From positions 236,532,001 through 236,596,000 of the forward strand of contig NC_086097.1 of NCBI RefSeq assembly GCF_963921235.1: DNA of 64,000 nucleotides, read 5' to 3'. The translations under genes were made by a program, and so were the position numbers. The DNA comes from Mobula hypostoma. Taxonomy: Eukaryota. The notes below the pieces were generated by a model that saw only the letters and a list, made by a program, of their open reading frames with translations, searched no databases and had not been told where the DNA came from. Below, in pieces: positions 12,861 through 25,654 of this stretch. Every line of letters begins with the position of its first letter. Within the stretch, counting starts at the first letter, position 1.

Positions 12861-13339
12861 AAACTGTTGATATGCTTTCTCCTGCTGGGCTGGGGCAAAT
12901 GGAGATGCAAGTATTAGCAAAGCAGGCATTTTGCAAGAAAAATCACAGTAATTCCAGATGGTAACATCCAATGTTGACTAACATATTAAGTCTGTGATTG
13001 GATTGACATATTCAACGATGATGCTGGCATTTCAAAAGTAAAATTACTTTATGAAGTCTTTGTGAAGTCTCTCTCAGGCTGAAGTGCTTGGAAAATTACA
13101 TGTGGGTATATTAGCAAGGAATGAAAATCATTCTGCTTAATTTGCTGTTAATCACAGTGAAATGCACTCACCCAGGAATTCCACTCATTAAAGGAAAACG
13201 GAAAATACTGGAGATGCTCAAGAGGTCAGCCAGTAGTGTCTATTGTTTTTTTTCTGTTTCCATGTCCTATAATGATCCTATATTTCTTGAGGTGGAGGAA
13301 CATCCTAATTTAAATGTAGACTGTGGGAACCTCATATGT

Positions 13340-13755
13340 TGTATCTTTTAAATATTGTAAAGGCACCTGCCTTAACCACTTTCAATGGCAGCTCATTCCT
13401 CATACTAACCATCCACTGGATGAAAAAGTTGCCTCTTGGGTTCCTCTGTCCTCTCACCTTAAACCTGTGCCCTCAAGGACTTGATTTCCCAAGTTATGGA
13501 AAAAGACTGTGCATTAACTCTATTTATGCCCTTTATGTTTTTATACACATCTATAACTTCACTCCTCACTCTATACCCTCTCTTGAAAAAGGTCTCAAGT
13601 TGGTCAACCTCTCTCCATAACTCAGTCCCTCAAGCCTCCACTACAGCTTTGTACATCTCCACTGTACTCTTTCCAGCTGAATAGCATCTTTCCTATAGAA
13701 GAGAAGTCAAAACTGGATACAGTTTTTCAGGTACAGCACCTTGTACGACTGCACC
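13340..13755 (-). mobile_element. CR1 fragment, old
   Basis: Antisense CR1 signature accttaaacctgtgccctc and aactggatacag. Confidence 0.7.
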
Positions 13756-13979
13756 TATGTATTATGGAATGAAATTTAAATCAAGCCAATTTTTGTCAAA
13801 AGTCAAAGAAAGCCTTGAGAAATTTGGCTGTCCCCAGGTCATTGGTGTGTTACAGAAGCCTGTGGAGGGGCAATAGAAGGGAAGATGGAAAGAATGGAAA
13901 TGGAATTAGCATGGATTGGTCAGTGCAATTTGGAAGGTCAAAGGGCCTATTTCACTGCTGTATTATACTATAACCGACG

Positions 13980-14645
13980 TAGTGTTCATGGGTTTAGAAA
14001 TCTGATGATAGAGGGGGAGATGCTATGTCTGAATCATTGAGTATGGGTCTTCAGGCTTCCGTACCTCCTTGCTGATGGAAGTAATACAGAGAAGGCACGT
14101 GGAGATGGTGAGGGTTTTTAGTGACGGATGCCATCTTCCTGAAGTACTGCCTCTTGACGATGTTCTCGGTGGTGGAGATGGTTGTGCTTGTGATGGAGCT
14201 GGTGGAGCCTATAGCCCTCTGCAGCCTCTTTCAAGGCTATGCACTTGCGCCTTCACACCAGGCTGTGATGCAGCCAGTCAGAATGCTCTCATCGTACATA
14301 CGTAAAATTCGTAAGTCTTTGGTGGCATACCAAATCTCTTCAAACTCCTAATGATGTAGAGATGCTGGTGTGCCTTCTTCGTGATTGCTTTGATATATTG
14401 GAAGAGGATAGATCCTCTTAGAACAGGAGTTCCCATCCTTTTTATGTCATGGACACCTACCATTAACTGAGGGGTCCATGGACCTTTATTTGGAAACCCC
14501 TGCCTTAGATATTGGCATCCAAGAACTTGAAGCTGCTCACAATTTCCATTACTGACCCCTGATTGAGGACTGGTATGTGTTTTATTGACTTCCCCTTCCT
14601 GAAGTCCACAATCAATCCCTTGGTCTTGCTGATATTAAGTGCAAA
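13980..14645 (-). mobile_element. Rex1/Babar LINE fragment
   Basis: ORF 14278-14463 contains ITKKAHQHLYIIRSLKRFGMPPKT, the same motif as in ORF 43709-44371. Confidence 0.8.
14424..14502. mobile_element. 79-bp hAT MITE, same family as 11726-11805
   Basis: TIRs caggagttccca...tggaaacccctg, shared interior (tgtcatggac, taccattaa), degenerate 8-bp TSD TCTTAGAA/CCTTAGAT. Confidence 0.75.
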
Positions 14646-14793
14646 ATCTTACATTTTGGAGAAGCATAGGAGAACATCTCATGTCAATGTCAGTTTGCAA
14701 ACCAAATCTCTTGAGCAGCCTAGAATGATCCAAGGAGCAGAAAGATGCAAGCTACTTTCTTCGTCTCAACAGAGAGAACAGATGGGTTCACAG

Positions 14794-14981
14794 CCACACA
14801 CATCAAAGTTGCTGGTGAACACAGCAGGCTAGGCAGCATCTCTAGGAAGCGGTATAGTTGACATTTGGGTCGACTGTACCTCTTCCTAGAGATGCTGCCT
14901 GGCCTGCTGCGTTCACCAGCAACTTTGACGTGTGTGGCTTGAACTTCCAGCATCTGCAGAGTTCCTCGTGTTTGCGTTTTT
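14794..14981. mobile_element. Palindromic Penelope-like pLTR insertion lacking hammerhead cores, 14-bp TSD
   Basis: Inverted arms at about 14792-14862 and 14869-14939. TSD AGATGGGTTCACAG at 14780-14793 and 14982-14995. Confidence 0.9.
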
Positions 14982-16459
14982 AGATGGGTTCACAGGCTGT
15001 GTTCAAACTGTTAGCTATTGAAATATCTTTTTATTAGTATCTCATTGATAATACCATGGTATAGAGAGATTGAAAAGATTTTGTACTCATAACTTCAGTT
15101 CAGAAACTGAACTGCTTCAGGACTGAAATTATGAGCACAAATTCTAATATTTGTATGTGGGAATAATCTTCAGATGACAGCGGTGTCCCTTTAAATTGCG
15201 ACTACAGTAAAAAGATGGTGTAACATTTTGTGAGCCCCTAACTCACCTGAAACTGCTTCATGGCAGTCATTGTTTGAAGCTTAGAGCTCCCAAATGTTTG
15301 TCAATCTGAACTGAAGCATGTGATGCACAGTGATGGATTTCATTAGGGATGCATTCAACACGGGGAAAAGATTAGACTCGCTAATGTTGATCATAAAGAG
15401 AATATCTGTGCCCATTTGGCGCAGCTTCATCAATAAATGATCATTACTGTAGTGTTTAAAATTGGTTTTGAATTGTGTTGTGCAATGGCTTTGAATCTTA
15501 AACAAACTGTGGCATTCTCTACCTTCTTTGTTTCTATTAATTTGTACCTTACACAGAGTACCATTGACATAGTGTTCAATACCTGTCAGATTGTTGCAAG
15601 GAAAGTTTAATACTGCTTCTACCAGAAGAAATGAGAAGAAAATGCAGATTTACCTTGGGAAAAAACAACACAGGAGCTTATTGATCTATACCTTCAATGT
15701 CTTAATAGAAAATACTGCAGTTGTGCGTAATCATATTTCAACTTGAAATTGTACAGTCAGGCAAGGCCATTTACAGAAATAAAGTATAATAATACCAGAA
15801 TTATCTAAATTTCATAGCTTCAGAAATACACAGAGCAGGTGCTTAGAATAACAATTTTTGCCCTGTCTTCTCTGGAAATAGCTGCTTTCGATGCAATGTT
15901 TTGTTTGTCGGTCCTTTTTATTTACAACTTCCAAATTTATCAGTTTACATTTTGACCTGCCCAATTTTCCAATATTCTTTCTTTCTCAGATCATTTTTAA
16001 GAAAATCTTCACATCCACTGATTATGAGTTTTATAAGACAGGTCCCTTAAAGAAACATCAATCACATGACTAGATTGATCAGTTCCCTCTGACTCTGCCA
16101 GTCTCTGTAGATTATTGGCATGGCAATTCAGTAGCTTCGGTCTATGTAAGAGGACCATCAATGCCCACCTATCTCCTGCAGCTGCTGGCTGCAGGTCCTG
16201 CCATCAGTAAAGGCCAACTGAAGTGACCACCCTTATCCACAACTCTATTTGTTTTCTTCTTATTTTCTACATAAGAGAATGGTCAATCTCAGCCACTGAA
16301 TTTTGAACATGGATGGGGGTCATTATGTGTGGTTGTGAATGGGATATAAGAATGTTAATTCTAATCAAGTAATCAACGGATAGCACTAAAATACAGATAA
16401 TCATGCCCATTTCTAGAACATTGCAAGTTCATCGAAGTCATCCAATTCACAGTCTAAAA

Positions 16460-17370
16460 GACCATAAAACATAGGAGTAGAATTAGGCCATTCAACCCAT
16501 TAAGTCTGCTCCATTTATTATCCATCTGATTTATTATCTATCTCAACTCCATTCTCCTGCCTTCTCCCCATAACCCTTGATGCCCTGATTAATCAAGAAC
16601 CTTTCAAACTGGGAGGTGGGGTGGAAATATCTCTCTACCAAAGAAAGTGTAAGGCACTCCTTTCCTCTGCTAGCTTGCAGGTCACCCTTGACATGTAGCA
16701 ACTGCTTAACCCCAAATCCACCCCCCTGACCAGATCAGTGTCAGATGAAGCTATGCGAGCAGGTGGTGGATCTCGTATGAACGGCTGGTACATATCACAA
16801 GTCCTAATTATGCGACCATTGATGCCAGGCAAACACTCTTTGAAGATTATTGACAATGGCTGAGGTCACACATCTTGTCAATACACTGCCCAGAAGAAGG
16901 TAAAGGCAAACCACTTCTGTAAAAATGTTTTCCAAGAACAATCATGGTCATCAAAAGTCCATGATCACCTATGTCTTATGACATGGCACATAATGAAGGA
17001 ACGATCAACTGCCACCAGAAAAATACCCAATGAAATGGGCTGCACAGCTGGCAATCAATTCCAGATCACCACCCTCTGGCTAAAGAAATTTTTCCTTATT
17101 TCTGTAGTAAGTGGACATCCCTCAATTCTCAGGTTGTGCCCTCTGGGTCTAGACTCCCCCACTGTGGGAAATACCCTCTCCACATCCACTCTGTCTCGGA
17201 GTTTCAATATTTGAAAGGTTTCAATGAGATCCCCTCCTCCTGCCTCATTCTTCTACACACCAATGAGTACAGGTCCAGACTCATCAAATACTCCTCATAT
17301 AGCAACACTTTCATTCCTAGAATCATTCTCGTGAACCTCCTCTGGACCCTCTCCGTGCTAGCACATCCTT
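16460..17370 (-). mobile_element. CR1 3' fragment interrupted by a short interspersed element at about 16611-17000
   Basis: CR1 tail at 16460 and ORF 17204-17398 (ERVQRRFTRMI). The insert recurs in reverse orientation at about 38715-39040. Confidence 0.8.
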
Positions 17371-17404
17371 TCATTGGTGATGATCTTTCAAGAATCAATG
17401 GATT

Positions 17405-18335
17405 CTAGCATGATTTCTGAGGGTGGGGGAATTGTAAATGTCACTCCACTCTTCAAGAAGAGAGAGAGGCAGGAGGAAATTATAGGCCAGTTATTCTGAC
17501 CTCAGTGGTTGGGAAGATGTTGGAGTCAATTGTCAAGGATATGGTTTCAGGGAACTTGGAGGCACATGACAGAATAGGCCAAAGTCAGTATGGTTTCCTT
17601 AAGGTAAAATCTTGCCTGACAAATCTGTTAGAATTGTTTGAAGAAATAACAAACAGGATAGACAATGGAGAATCAGTGAATGTTGTGTACTTGGAATTTC
17701 AGAAGGTGCCACACATGAGGCTGCTTAACAAGTTAACAGACTTGATATTACAGGTAAGATACTAGGATGGATAGAGCATTGGCTGATTGGCAGGAGGCAA
17801 AGAGTGGGAATAAAGAGAGCCTTTTCTGGTTAGCTGCTGATGACTAGAGGTGTTCCACAAAAATGTTGGGACCACTTCTTTTTACATTGTATTTCAATTA
17901 TTTGGATGAGAAAATTGATGGCTTTGTGGCCAGGTTTGCTACAAAAATAGGTTGTGAGACATGTAGTGTTGAGGAAGTAGAGAGGCTACATAAGAACTTT
18001 AACAGATTAGGAGAATGAGCAAAGAAGTGGCAGATGGACTACAGTGTCGAGAAGTTTGGGGTCATTTTCTTTGGTAGAAAAAAATAAAAAGTGTTGACTA
18101 ATATCCAACTGGAGAGAAAATTCAAAAATGTGAGGTGTAAAGGGACTTGGGACCTCCACAAAGTAACCGGGTATATTTAAAGCAGATTGTGATAAATTCT
18201 TTATAAGTCAGAGCATGAAGGAATATGGAGAGAAAGCAGGAGGTTGGGGCTGAGAGGGATAATGGACGAGCCACGATGAATCGATGAGCCAAATGACCAA
18301 ATACTGCTTCAATATCTTATGGTCTTGTGATCTTA
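17405..18335 (+). mobile_element. CR1 RT fragment with internal deletion
   Basis: ORF 17505-17765 (VGKMLESIVKD, KSCLTNLLE), followed by a 3' UTR. Confidence 0.9.
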
Positions 18336-18337
18336 TA

Positions 18338-19830
18338 AGGTTCTCAAAACTGCTCGCAATACACAGTATGGTTTGACTAATGCCTTAAGAAGCCACAGTA
18401 TTACATCGTTGCTTTTGTATTCTTGTATTCTTTAAATGAATGCTGAGATTGCATTTGTCTTCTTTACCACCAACTCAACTGACAAGTTAGCCTTTTGGGA
18501 ATTCCTGCACAAGTCCATTTGCACCTCTGTGAAAGGGGTTTCTTCTTTAATCTTACTGCGTAGGTTAATCAAAATGGCTTCTTTGTTATGTTAAATGCTG
18601 AGAAAGTTCTCTCACTGCAGCTTGTTTGGGTTATATTATTGATAAGAGAGCAAATGAACCAATGAGTGTCTGTGTTATTATTTTTTGTGGTGATATTCTG
18701 TCTCAAATGGCTGGGAAACGGTGTTTTTGGCGGGCTTTTGGAGGAGAGACCGGGAGTAAGATGGACGTGCTGGAAGTGCTCTGGTCCCGAGCTGTGAGTC
18801 GAGGGGATTGGAGTGGATCGCAGGGTGAAGAGAGAAGACCCCGGGCATTTGAGCTCCAACTGTGTGCACGAAGAAATTGAACTTTGATAAGTCTGGCGCC
18901 TTTTTCTTTTCCTTTTATATTGTACCTCTATTAATCTCATAGTCCTAGTAAGATTTATAAAGTGTAATCTGTAAAATGTATGTTGTGTGCTGTCTGATGA
19001 TTGAAGTCTGAGGTCGAATCAGGTGGCATTGCACAGTAACCGACACAACCGGGAGACACGATTGGGCGGCGGACAGGGTTTCCCCTAGATAAATACGAAC
19101 CGATATAGCTGAGCGCTACATCTGAATTTAGAATTTTCTCCCCATTTAGAAAATAGTCCAATAGTCCACACCTTTATTCCTACTGCCAAAGAGCAGGACA
19201 ATGCAGCTCCCTCCACTATATTCCATTTGATACTGCTTGCCCATTCCCCCAATCTGCCCAAGTTCTCCTGCAGATACCCTGTTTCCCTAATACTACCTGC
19301 CCCTCCACCTATCTTCATATCATCCATAAACTTAGCCACAAAGCTATGGTATTCTTCATCCAAATCATTGACACATAACATAAGAAGGAGTGGTCCCTAC
19401 ATCGACCCCTGTGGAGCACCAATAGTCACCAGCAGCCAAACAGAAAAGGACCCTTTTGTTCCTTCTCTTTGCCTCCTGCCTGTCAGTCAATCTTCTATTC
19501 ATGTTGCTATCTGTCCTGTAACACCATGGGGTCCTTTCTTGCTAGATAGGCTCATGTGCGGTATCTTGTCCAAGGTTTCTTGAAAATTCAAATAAACAAC
19601 ATCCATTGACTCTCCTTTGTCTATCCTGCCCGTTATTTACTCAAAAAATTCCTACAGATTTGGCTGGCAAGATTTTCCCTTAAGGAAACCATATTGACTT
19701 TGGCCTATTTTGTCAAGTGCTTCTAGATACCCCAAAATCTCATCTTCAATAATAATAAACTCCAACATATTTCAAACCACTGAATTCAGGCTAACAGGCT
19801 TATAATATCCTTTCTTCTGTCTCCTTCCCC
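18338..19830 (-). mobile_element. CR1 RT fragment interrupted by a solo LTR
   Basis: ORFs 19085-19381 (VNDLDE, AKFMDD) and 18955-19161 (DYFLNGEKI). The host sequence rejoins as gcacctctgaatt. Confidence 0.9.
18530..19120. mobile_element. Solo LTR, 591 bp
   Basis: TG...CA termini (tgaaagggg...gcgctaca) with 4-bp TSD TCTG at 18526-18529 and 19121-19124. It cleanly splits a CR1 and retains CpGs. Confidence 0.75.
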
Positions 19831-19849
19831 GATTGAAGAGATTTTTTTT

Positions 19850-20708
19850 TAGCCTGATGAAGGATCTCAGCCTTTCCATCTTTAATATCTCTATTTTTCC
19901 CTTTCAGGGTTTTTTTGAAGATCCTGACGAGGAGTTACACCCTGACTTCGGTTCTTTGTGGGAATGGGACCCGTTCTCGGGGTTTCAGGACTGGCCGTTG
20001 TTCAACACGGCAAGGGTGCGGTCTGAGAGTCTGGCTTGGATTTGGAAGCCTAAGATCTCGGGGCTCTGGAGACAGGCGGATCGAGGATTGGTGTCACAGC
20101 AGGAGACCCGTGTGTCGTCAGGGGAGTTGGAAAATCTACTGCCGTGTGCCCGAAGATCCAGGATCTTTGAGATCGTTGGGAGCTGAGCTCGAGAGAGGCA
20201 ATGTAATGGACTTTTAACATTGTAAACCACCAAGTTGTTTGTTATGTCTCCCTGCTCACTGGGAAAAATGGAGACACCTCTTTCTCCCTTATTATGGAGA
20301 GAGAGAGCCTGTGGTATGTTGAATGCCGGGTGAAATGCAAAGTCTTTGGGGTAACCGCAAGACCGTGTCTTTGCTATTGCTTTGCTCACGCTCGAGTGCT
20401 TGGCGGTGGGTGCCGATGCTTTTTTTTTGCCGGTGGGGAGAGGGGGTATCTTGGCTTGCTGTTGCTTACGTGTGGGGAGGGAGGGGAACTGGGGGTGGTA
20501 CTTTGGGAACTTACATTTAACTGTCCTTCATTCTTTGAGGCACTCTGTTTTCGTGGATGTTTGCAAAGAAAAAACGTATCAGGATGTATATTGTATACAT
20601 TTCTCTGACATTAAATTGAACCTTTGACCATGGAAATATCAACTGTTTTCTCCTTTGCATAGATACTGCCTGGCCTGCTGAGGTCCTCCAGCAGTTTGTG
20701 TGTGCTGG
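19850..20708 (+). mobile_element. Penelope pLTR end split inside its hammerhead by an unclassified repeat (19873-20631)
   Basis: agcCTGATGAaggatctcagcc ends at 19872 and gaaatatcaactg...gcctggcctgctgag resumes at about 20632. The 3' end of the insert (tgtatattgtatacatttctctgacattaaattgaacctttga) recurs reversed at about 32680 and 43035. Confidence 0.7.
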
Positions 20709-20825
20709 TAAAAATATTCTTGTAGCTTGAGTTTCATACACCTGCTTGCAGTTTGCATTATCATCTGCACTCGATGGCCACTCTGTTAGGTAGATCCTGT
20801 ACCTAATAAAATGGCTACTGAGTGT

Positions 20826-21585
20826 TTCTCCTACTTTCTGCTCTCCAACAGGATAGCTCCCTATATGACACCCTTGTCCATTCATCCCTCTGCACTGATC
20901 TCCCTCCTGGCACTTATCCTTACAGGCAGAACAAGTGCAACACCTGCCCCTACACCATCTCCATTACCTACCACTCAGGGCCCCAGAAAGTCTTTCCAGG
21001 GGAGGCGACAGTTCATGTCAGTCTGTTGGGATCATATACTGTATCCGGTTGCTTCCAGTGTGGCCTCCAGTGAGACCTGACGTAGACTGGGGGACCGCTT
21101 CACCGAGCACCTACGCTCTGTCTGCCGCAAAAAGCGGGATCTCCCACTGGCCTACCCATTTTAATTCTACTTCCCATTCCCATTTCTCTCTCTCCTTATC
21201 TCCTTACCTGCCCATCACCTCCGGTGCTCCTCCCCCTTTTATTTCTTCCATGGCCTTATGTCCTCTCCAGTCAGATTCCCCCATCTCCAGCACTTTATCT
21301 CTTTCACCAATTGACTTCCTAGCTCTTTACTTTTCTGCTCCCCCTCTACCGGTTTCACCTTTGACCTATCACCATGTATTTCTTCCTTCCCTCCCCCTGC
21401 CTTCTTACTTTGACCTCATCTGTTATTCTCCAGCCTTGATGAAGGGTCTCAGCCCGAGTTGTGACACCAGTCCTCAATAGAACATCAACTGTTCTATAGA
21501 TGCTGCCTTGCCTGCTGAGTTCCTCTAACATTTTATGTGAGTGTTGCTTGGATTTCCAGTATCTTCAGATTTTCTCTTGTTTGTC
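20826..21585 (+). mobile_element. Penelope-like element 3' part (Cys-linker, GIY-YIG endonuclease, pLTR)
   Basis: DSSLYDTLVHSS...PGTYPYRQNKCNTCP, SVGIIYCIR, RLGDRFTEHL and THFNSTSHSH across frameshifts. Hammerhead remnant at 21431-21491. Confidence 0.9.
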
Positions 21586-22029
21586 ACTGCGTGTATCTTT
21601 GTGGTCTTCTGCTGCTGTAGTCCATCCACATCAAGGTTCAACATATTTTGCGTTCAGAGCTGCTCTTCTGCATACCACTGGTGTAACACATGGTTGTTTG
21701 AGTTACTGTCACCTTCCTGTCAGCTTGCGCTAATCTGAACATTTTCCTCTCATCTCTTTCATTAGCAAGGCATTTTCATCCCCAGGACTGACACTCATTA
21801 GATGTTTTTTTGTTTCTCGCACCATTCTCTGTAAACTCTAGAGACTGCTGTGCATGAAAATCCCAGGAAACCACCATTTTCTATGATATTCAAACCACCC
21901 TGTCTGGCACAAACAATCATTCAAAGTCACTTAGATCACATATCTTCCTCATTCTGATGTTTGGTCTGAACAGCAACTGAACCTCTCGATCATGTCTGCA
22001 TGCTTTTATGCATTGAGTTGCTGTCACAT

Positions 22030-22400
22030 CAAGTTCAAGTTTATTGTCATCTGACCATACATACATACAACCAAGTGAAACAGTGCATCCACAAATCATA
22101 TATCACACGCATGCATAAAACAAACTACTACCACAAATAAGTTAATAAAATATAGTTCAGAGTGCACAGGTAAACAGTAAACAGTTAAAACCTCGCCGCC
22201 CAAGTGCATAGACCTCAGTGCTTGCAGGGATACTCATTAATTTCACAGCCCAGGGGATGTAGTTGTTACTCAGTCTGGCTGAACTAGTCCTGATGCTCCT
22301 GTACCTCTTTCCTGGTGGTAGTGGGTCAAAGAGATTGTGGGACAGGGCTGTAGGGATCCTCAACAATGCTTTGCTCCCTTCGTAACACGCTTGGCCGATT
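22030..22400 (-). mobile_element. Rex1/Babar 3' end
   Basis: ORF 22157-22408 contains LFDPLPPGKRYRSIRTSSARLSNNYIPWAVKL. Confidence 0.8.
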
Positions 22401-24764
22401 ATAAACATGCATTAACGAGCTGGTGTATACCCAGTGTACCGGATATAGCGGCCATTGAATGTATGCTGCATTCTGACTAACTTCTGCAGCCTCACTCTTG
22501 GTCACTCTTTAAGGAGATGATCACCGGTGCATTTCCACCACAATGTATCGATTTCTGTAGCCAGTTTGGCTGTGGCTTCTGAGCTCTCAGTCAGCAGCTA
22601 TTTCAGTGCAAACAACTTACACTTAATTCCTTTTAATGACTTATAGGCTCTCAGCTTTTCAGATCTAGTTGCTGGTGATTATTGCTGTGCCTAGTTATTT
22701 ATTTCACTTAAATGTTTTAGCTCCATTTCTGTTCATGATCTATTATAAAAGAGAAATGTATTTTATTATTAAAATGGTTTCTTATCTGGTTATTTATGTG
22801 ACTTCAAATACATTATACTGTATATTAGGTTTTGATTATCATTGTTAAGGTTCAGAAATTCATTATCATTGTCCTGCACTAGTTTTTTTAAAAGACACAG
22901 AATAATGAAAAATGCAAAATAATGAATGATGTTTCAAATGTTAAATTAAAAAGGTGAATTGGATGCTGTAGTTCACTTTTTAATGTGTTTCTAGTTTCTG
23001 GTCTCACCTTTTCTGGTTGCTATTTTGGATGATTTTGAAATCAGGGTGGCCCGCAGGTAATGGGCATTGAGCTGAACTAAATATGACTGGACTTTTTCAA
23101 GTTTGTATTTTACATTCTGAGCTTTTCACTCTTGCTATTGTTGTCATTTGCACAATTTGTTTTTTCTTGTGTGTTGGGGTGGGCGGGGGGGGTGGAGCTG
23201 TTGATGTTTATTCTTTGAATGGGTTCCATGGTTTATTTTGTGGCTTTCTGTGGGGAAGACAAATCTCAGGGTTGTATACTGCATACATACTTTGATAATA
23301 AATCTACTCTAAATTTTTGAATCTTTAACCACAATCCATCATTGCCCCTCTCAATAGCTGCAATAACTGCAAATGATACTTACTTTGTCAGCACCTCTTG
23401 GCAAATGATTGCTACTCTCTTTGGAAGTCCTTGTCACTGGTATTCAGCATGGTTATTCTGGCTGGCATTCCTTGTGGTAGTCACCATGCAAAGAAGACAC
23501 AGATGTGGATACGAGGGCAGTCAGCCACATTATAAAATACACAATCATCAAGCCAAATTTTGATCTTGTTCAGAAAGATAATATGGATGTTTCTTAGAGG
23601 TGATTTCATTTGAGAAAAGTTAAGGCAGCTCATGGATCTACAGAAATAAAATCTTTTCATTAACTTCTGGAGAAGTGCATGAGAAGGGAAGGGTATGAAA
23701 GGCCATTCTCCAGGTGCAGCTCGATGGGATTAGGGAGAATAATAGTTTGGCATGGACTAGATGGACCACATAGTGGAAGGCCACCAGATGCATCTGTGTA
23801 GAGGAATGGGCAGTTGTTGTGGCCTGATGAGTTCCTACAAGATATTTATTTATGTGTAAGAAATTTCTAAGACTGTATGTAAACTGAAAAACAAATAATC
23901 CCAATGAGGTTACAAAAGTTAGCAGATAGGAACAGCCTTCTCTTCCATATCTGGAAGGGGGATCATGACAGGAAAACTTAGACATGTCCCAGAGGTGATA
24001 TTGTCAAACAAGGATTAAAGCAAGCACAGAACAGTCCTCCTGCTGTCACAATGGTCCTTCTCAACCATCTCACTCCAGTACCTGAATCACAGCTCTCTAA
24101 ATTGCAACTTGATCATGACCTTCACCATGAGAAATCTTCAAGAGATATCATGGAGACCAACCTGAAACATTAACACAGCCCCTTTCTGTGCAGATGTTGT
24201 TGATACACTGAGTGCACATAACATTTTCTGTTTGTTAATCTGAATGGAATCTGGGTGTTATCAGAAAGCAACTCAGTATAATTTCCTGATTTCATTTTTT
24301 AATCAATTTGGAGCAAATAAAATGGCAATAATAAATTTTGATTGTCTGGTTAATTTTCTGTTGGATTCTTGAGTAATACACACGATGAGCCGGAAGAACT
24401 CGGTTGATCAGAAGGCATCTATAGAGATGACTAAATTGTTAATGTTTTGGTCTAAGAGCCTTCAACAGGTCTCCGATATCTCAAGTTTGAGACTTTATCT
24501 TTAATGTTCAACATATAGGAAATGTATTTACAAGCTATGGAAACACAACAATAAAGTCAATGAGTAATACAATACAGAAACAGGCAATCCCCTCCACTAC
24601 GTTTATCCCCATATCTTTACTCATCCTATTCCCCCAACCCTTGTAATATCTTGGAAATTCAAGTGTTCAGCTAGATTCAAAGTTCAAAAAGTAAATTTAT
24701 TATCAAAGTACATATATGTCACCATATACAACCCTCAGATTCATTTCCTTGAGGATTTAAACTT

Positions 24765-25250
24765 TGTGAGGTTTTTTGCCTCCAACATCCATACTGGTAG
24801 TGCAACAGATTCCAAAAAACTATTCTGGTTGAAGAAAAAAACGTTCATCATATTCTTACTAAATGTCCTGCATTTCACCTTGAACTTATGCCCTCTGGTT
24901 TTAAATATTTATGCTATGAGAAAAACAAAATCTTATAATCTATTATATCAATGTCCTTTGTAATTACGTGTATTTCATTCAGGTCTTCACTCAGCCTCCT
25001 TTGCTTCATGCACAATAAATCCAGCCTATCCAGCCTCTCCACATAACTGAAATGTATCATCTGTGTTAATAACCTGGTGAATCTCCTTAGCACACTGTCC
25101 AGTTCAATCTCACCCATCTAGGAGTGCTGTGACTAGTCTGTCAACTGTACTTCAGTTCTGGTTTAATCAATGCTTCATTAAGTTGCACCATAATCTCTCT
25201 ACACTCTGTCAAACTTCCAACACCTAATAAAGGCATGTATCCTCTTATAA
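24765..25250 (-). mobile_element. CR1 fragment, very old
   Basis: ORF 24914-25117 contains RRFTRLL...SYVERLDRLDL...RRL. Confidence 0.75.
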
Positions 25251-25418
25251 CCATCTATACTCCCTGTGCTTCCACTTTCAAAAACTTGTCCTAGCCCTTT
25301 TATTCTTCTGAAAATATTTCATCTGATAATTATCAAAACTTAATTGTCATTGCTTTGTTCACCTTACCAATTGCTCAGTACTGTCTTGAAGCCTAAGACT
25401 ACACGCTTGCCCTGGGAT

Positions 25419-25450
25419 GGTAGGAAGGTAGGAAGGTAGGAAGGTAGGAA
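25419..25450. repeat. (GGTAGGAA)x4 tandem repeat
   Basis: Four perfect 8-bp units are visible. Confidence 0.95.
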
Positions 25451-25654
25451 GGGAGTTTGTTTAGCTGTTGTTCTTTTGACACTTGTTGTGTTCTGTTCTG
25501 CTCAGCATCATGGGCACACTACGTTGGTGCCAGAATATGTTGCCACACTTGAGGGCTGCCCCCATCACATACTTGGGTGTGTTGGTTATTGACGCAAATG
25601 ATGCATTTCACTGTATGTTTTGATGTATGTATGATAAATAAATCAGAATCTATT

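Larger units (their letters stand above)
20768..22461 (-). mobile_element. Internally deleted Tc1/mariner transposon with nested Penelope and Rex1/Babar insertions
   Basis: TIR-like cactcgatggccactctgttaggta at 20768, with a degenerate counterpart ending at 22461 followed by TA. Minus strand from ATG 21952 reads MRKICDLSDFE/MIVCARQGGLNIIENGGFLGFSCTAVSRVYREWCEK, a Tc1 N-terminal HTH. Confidence 0.8.
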
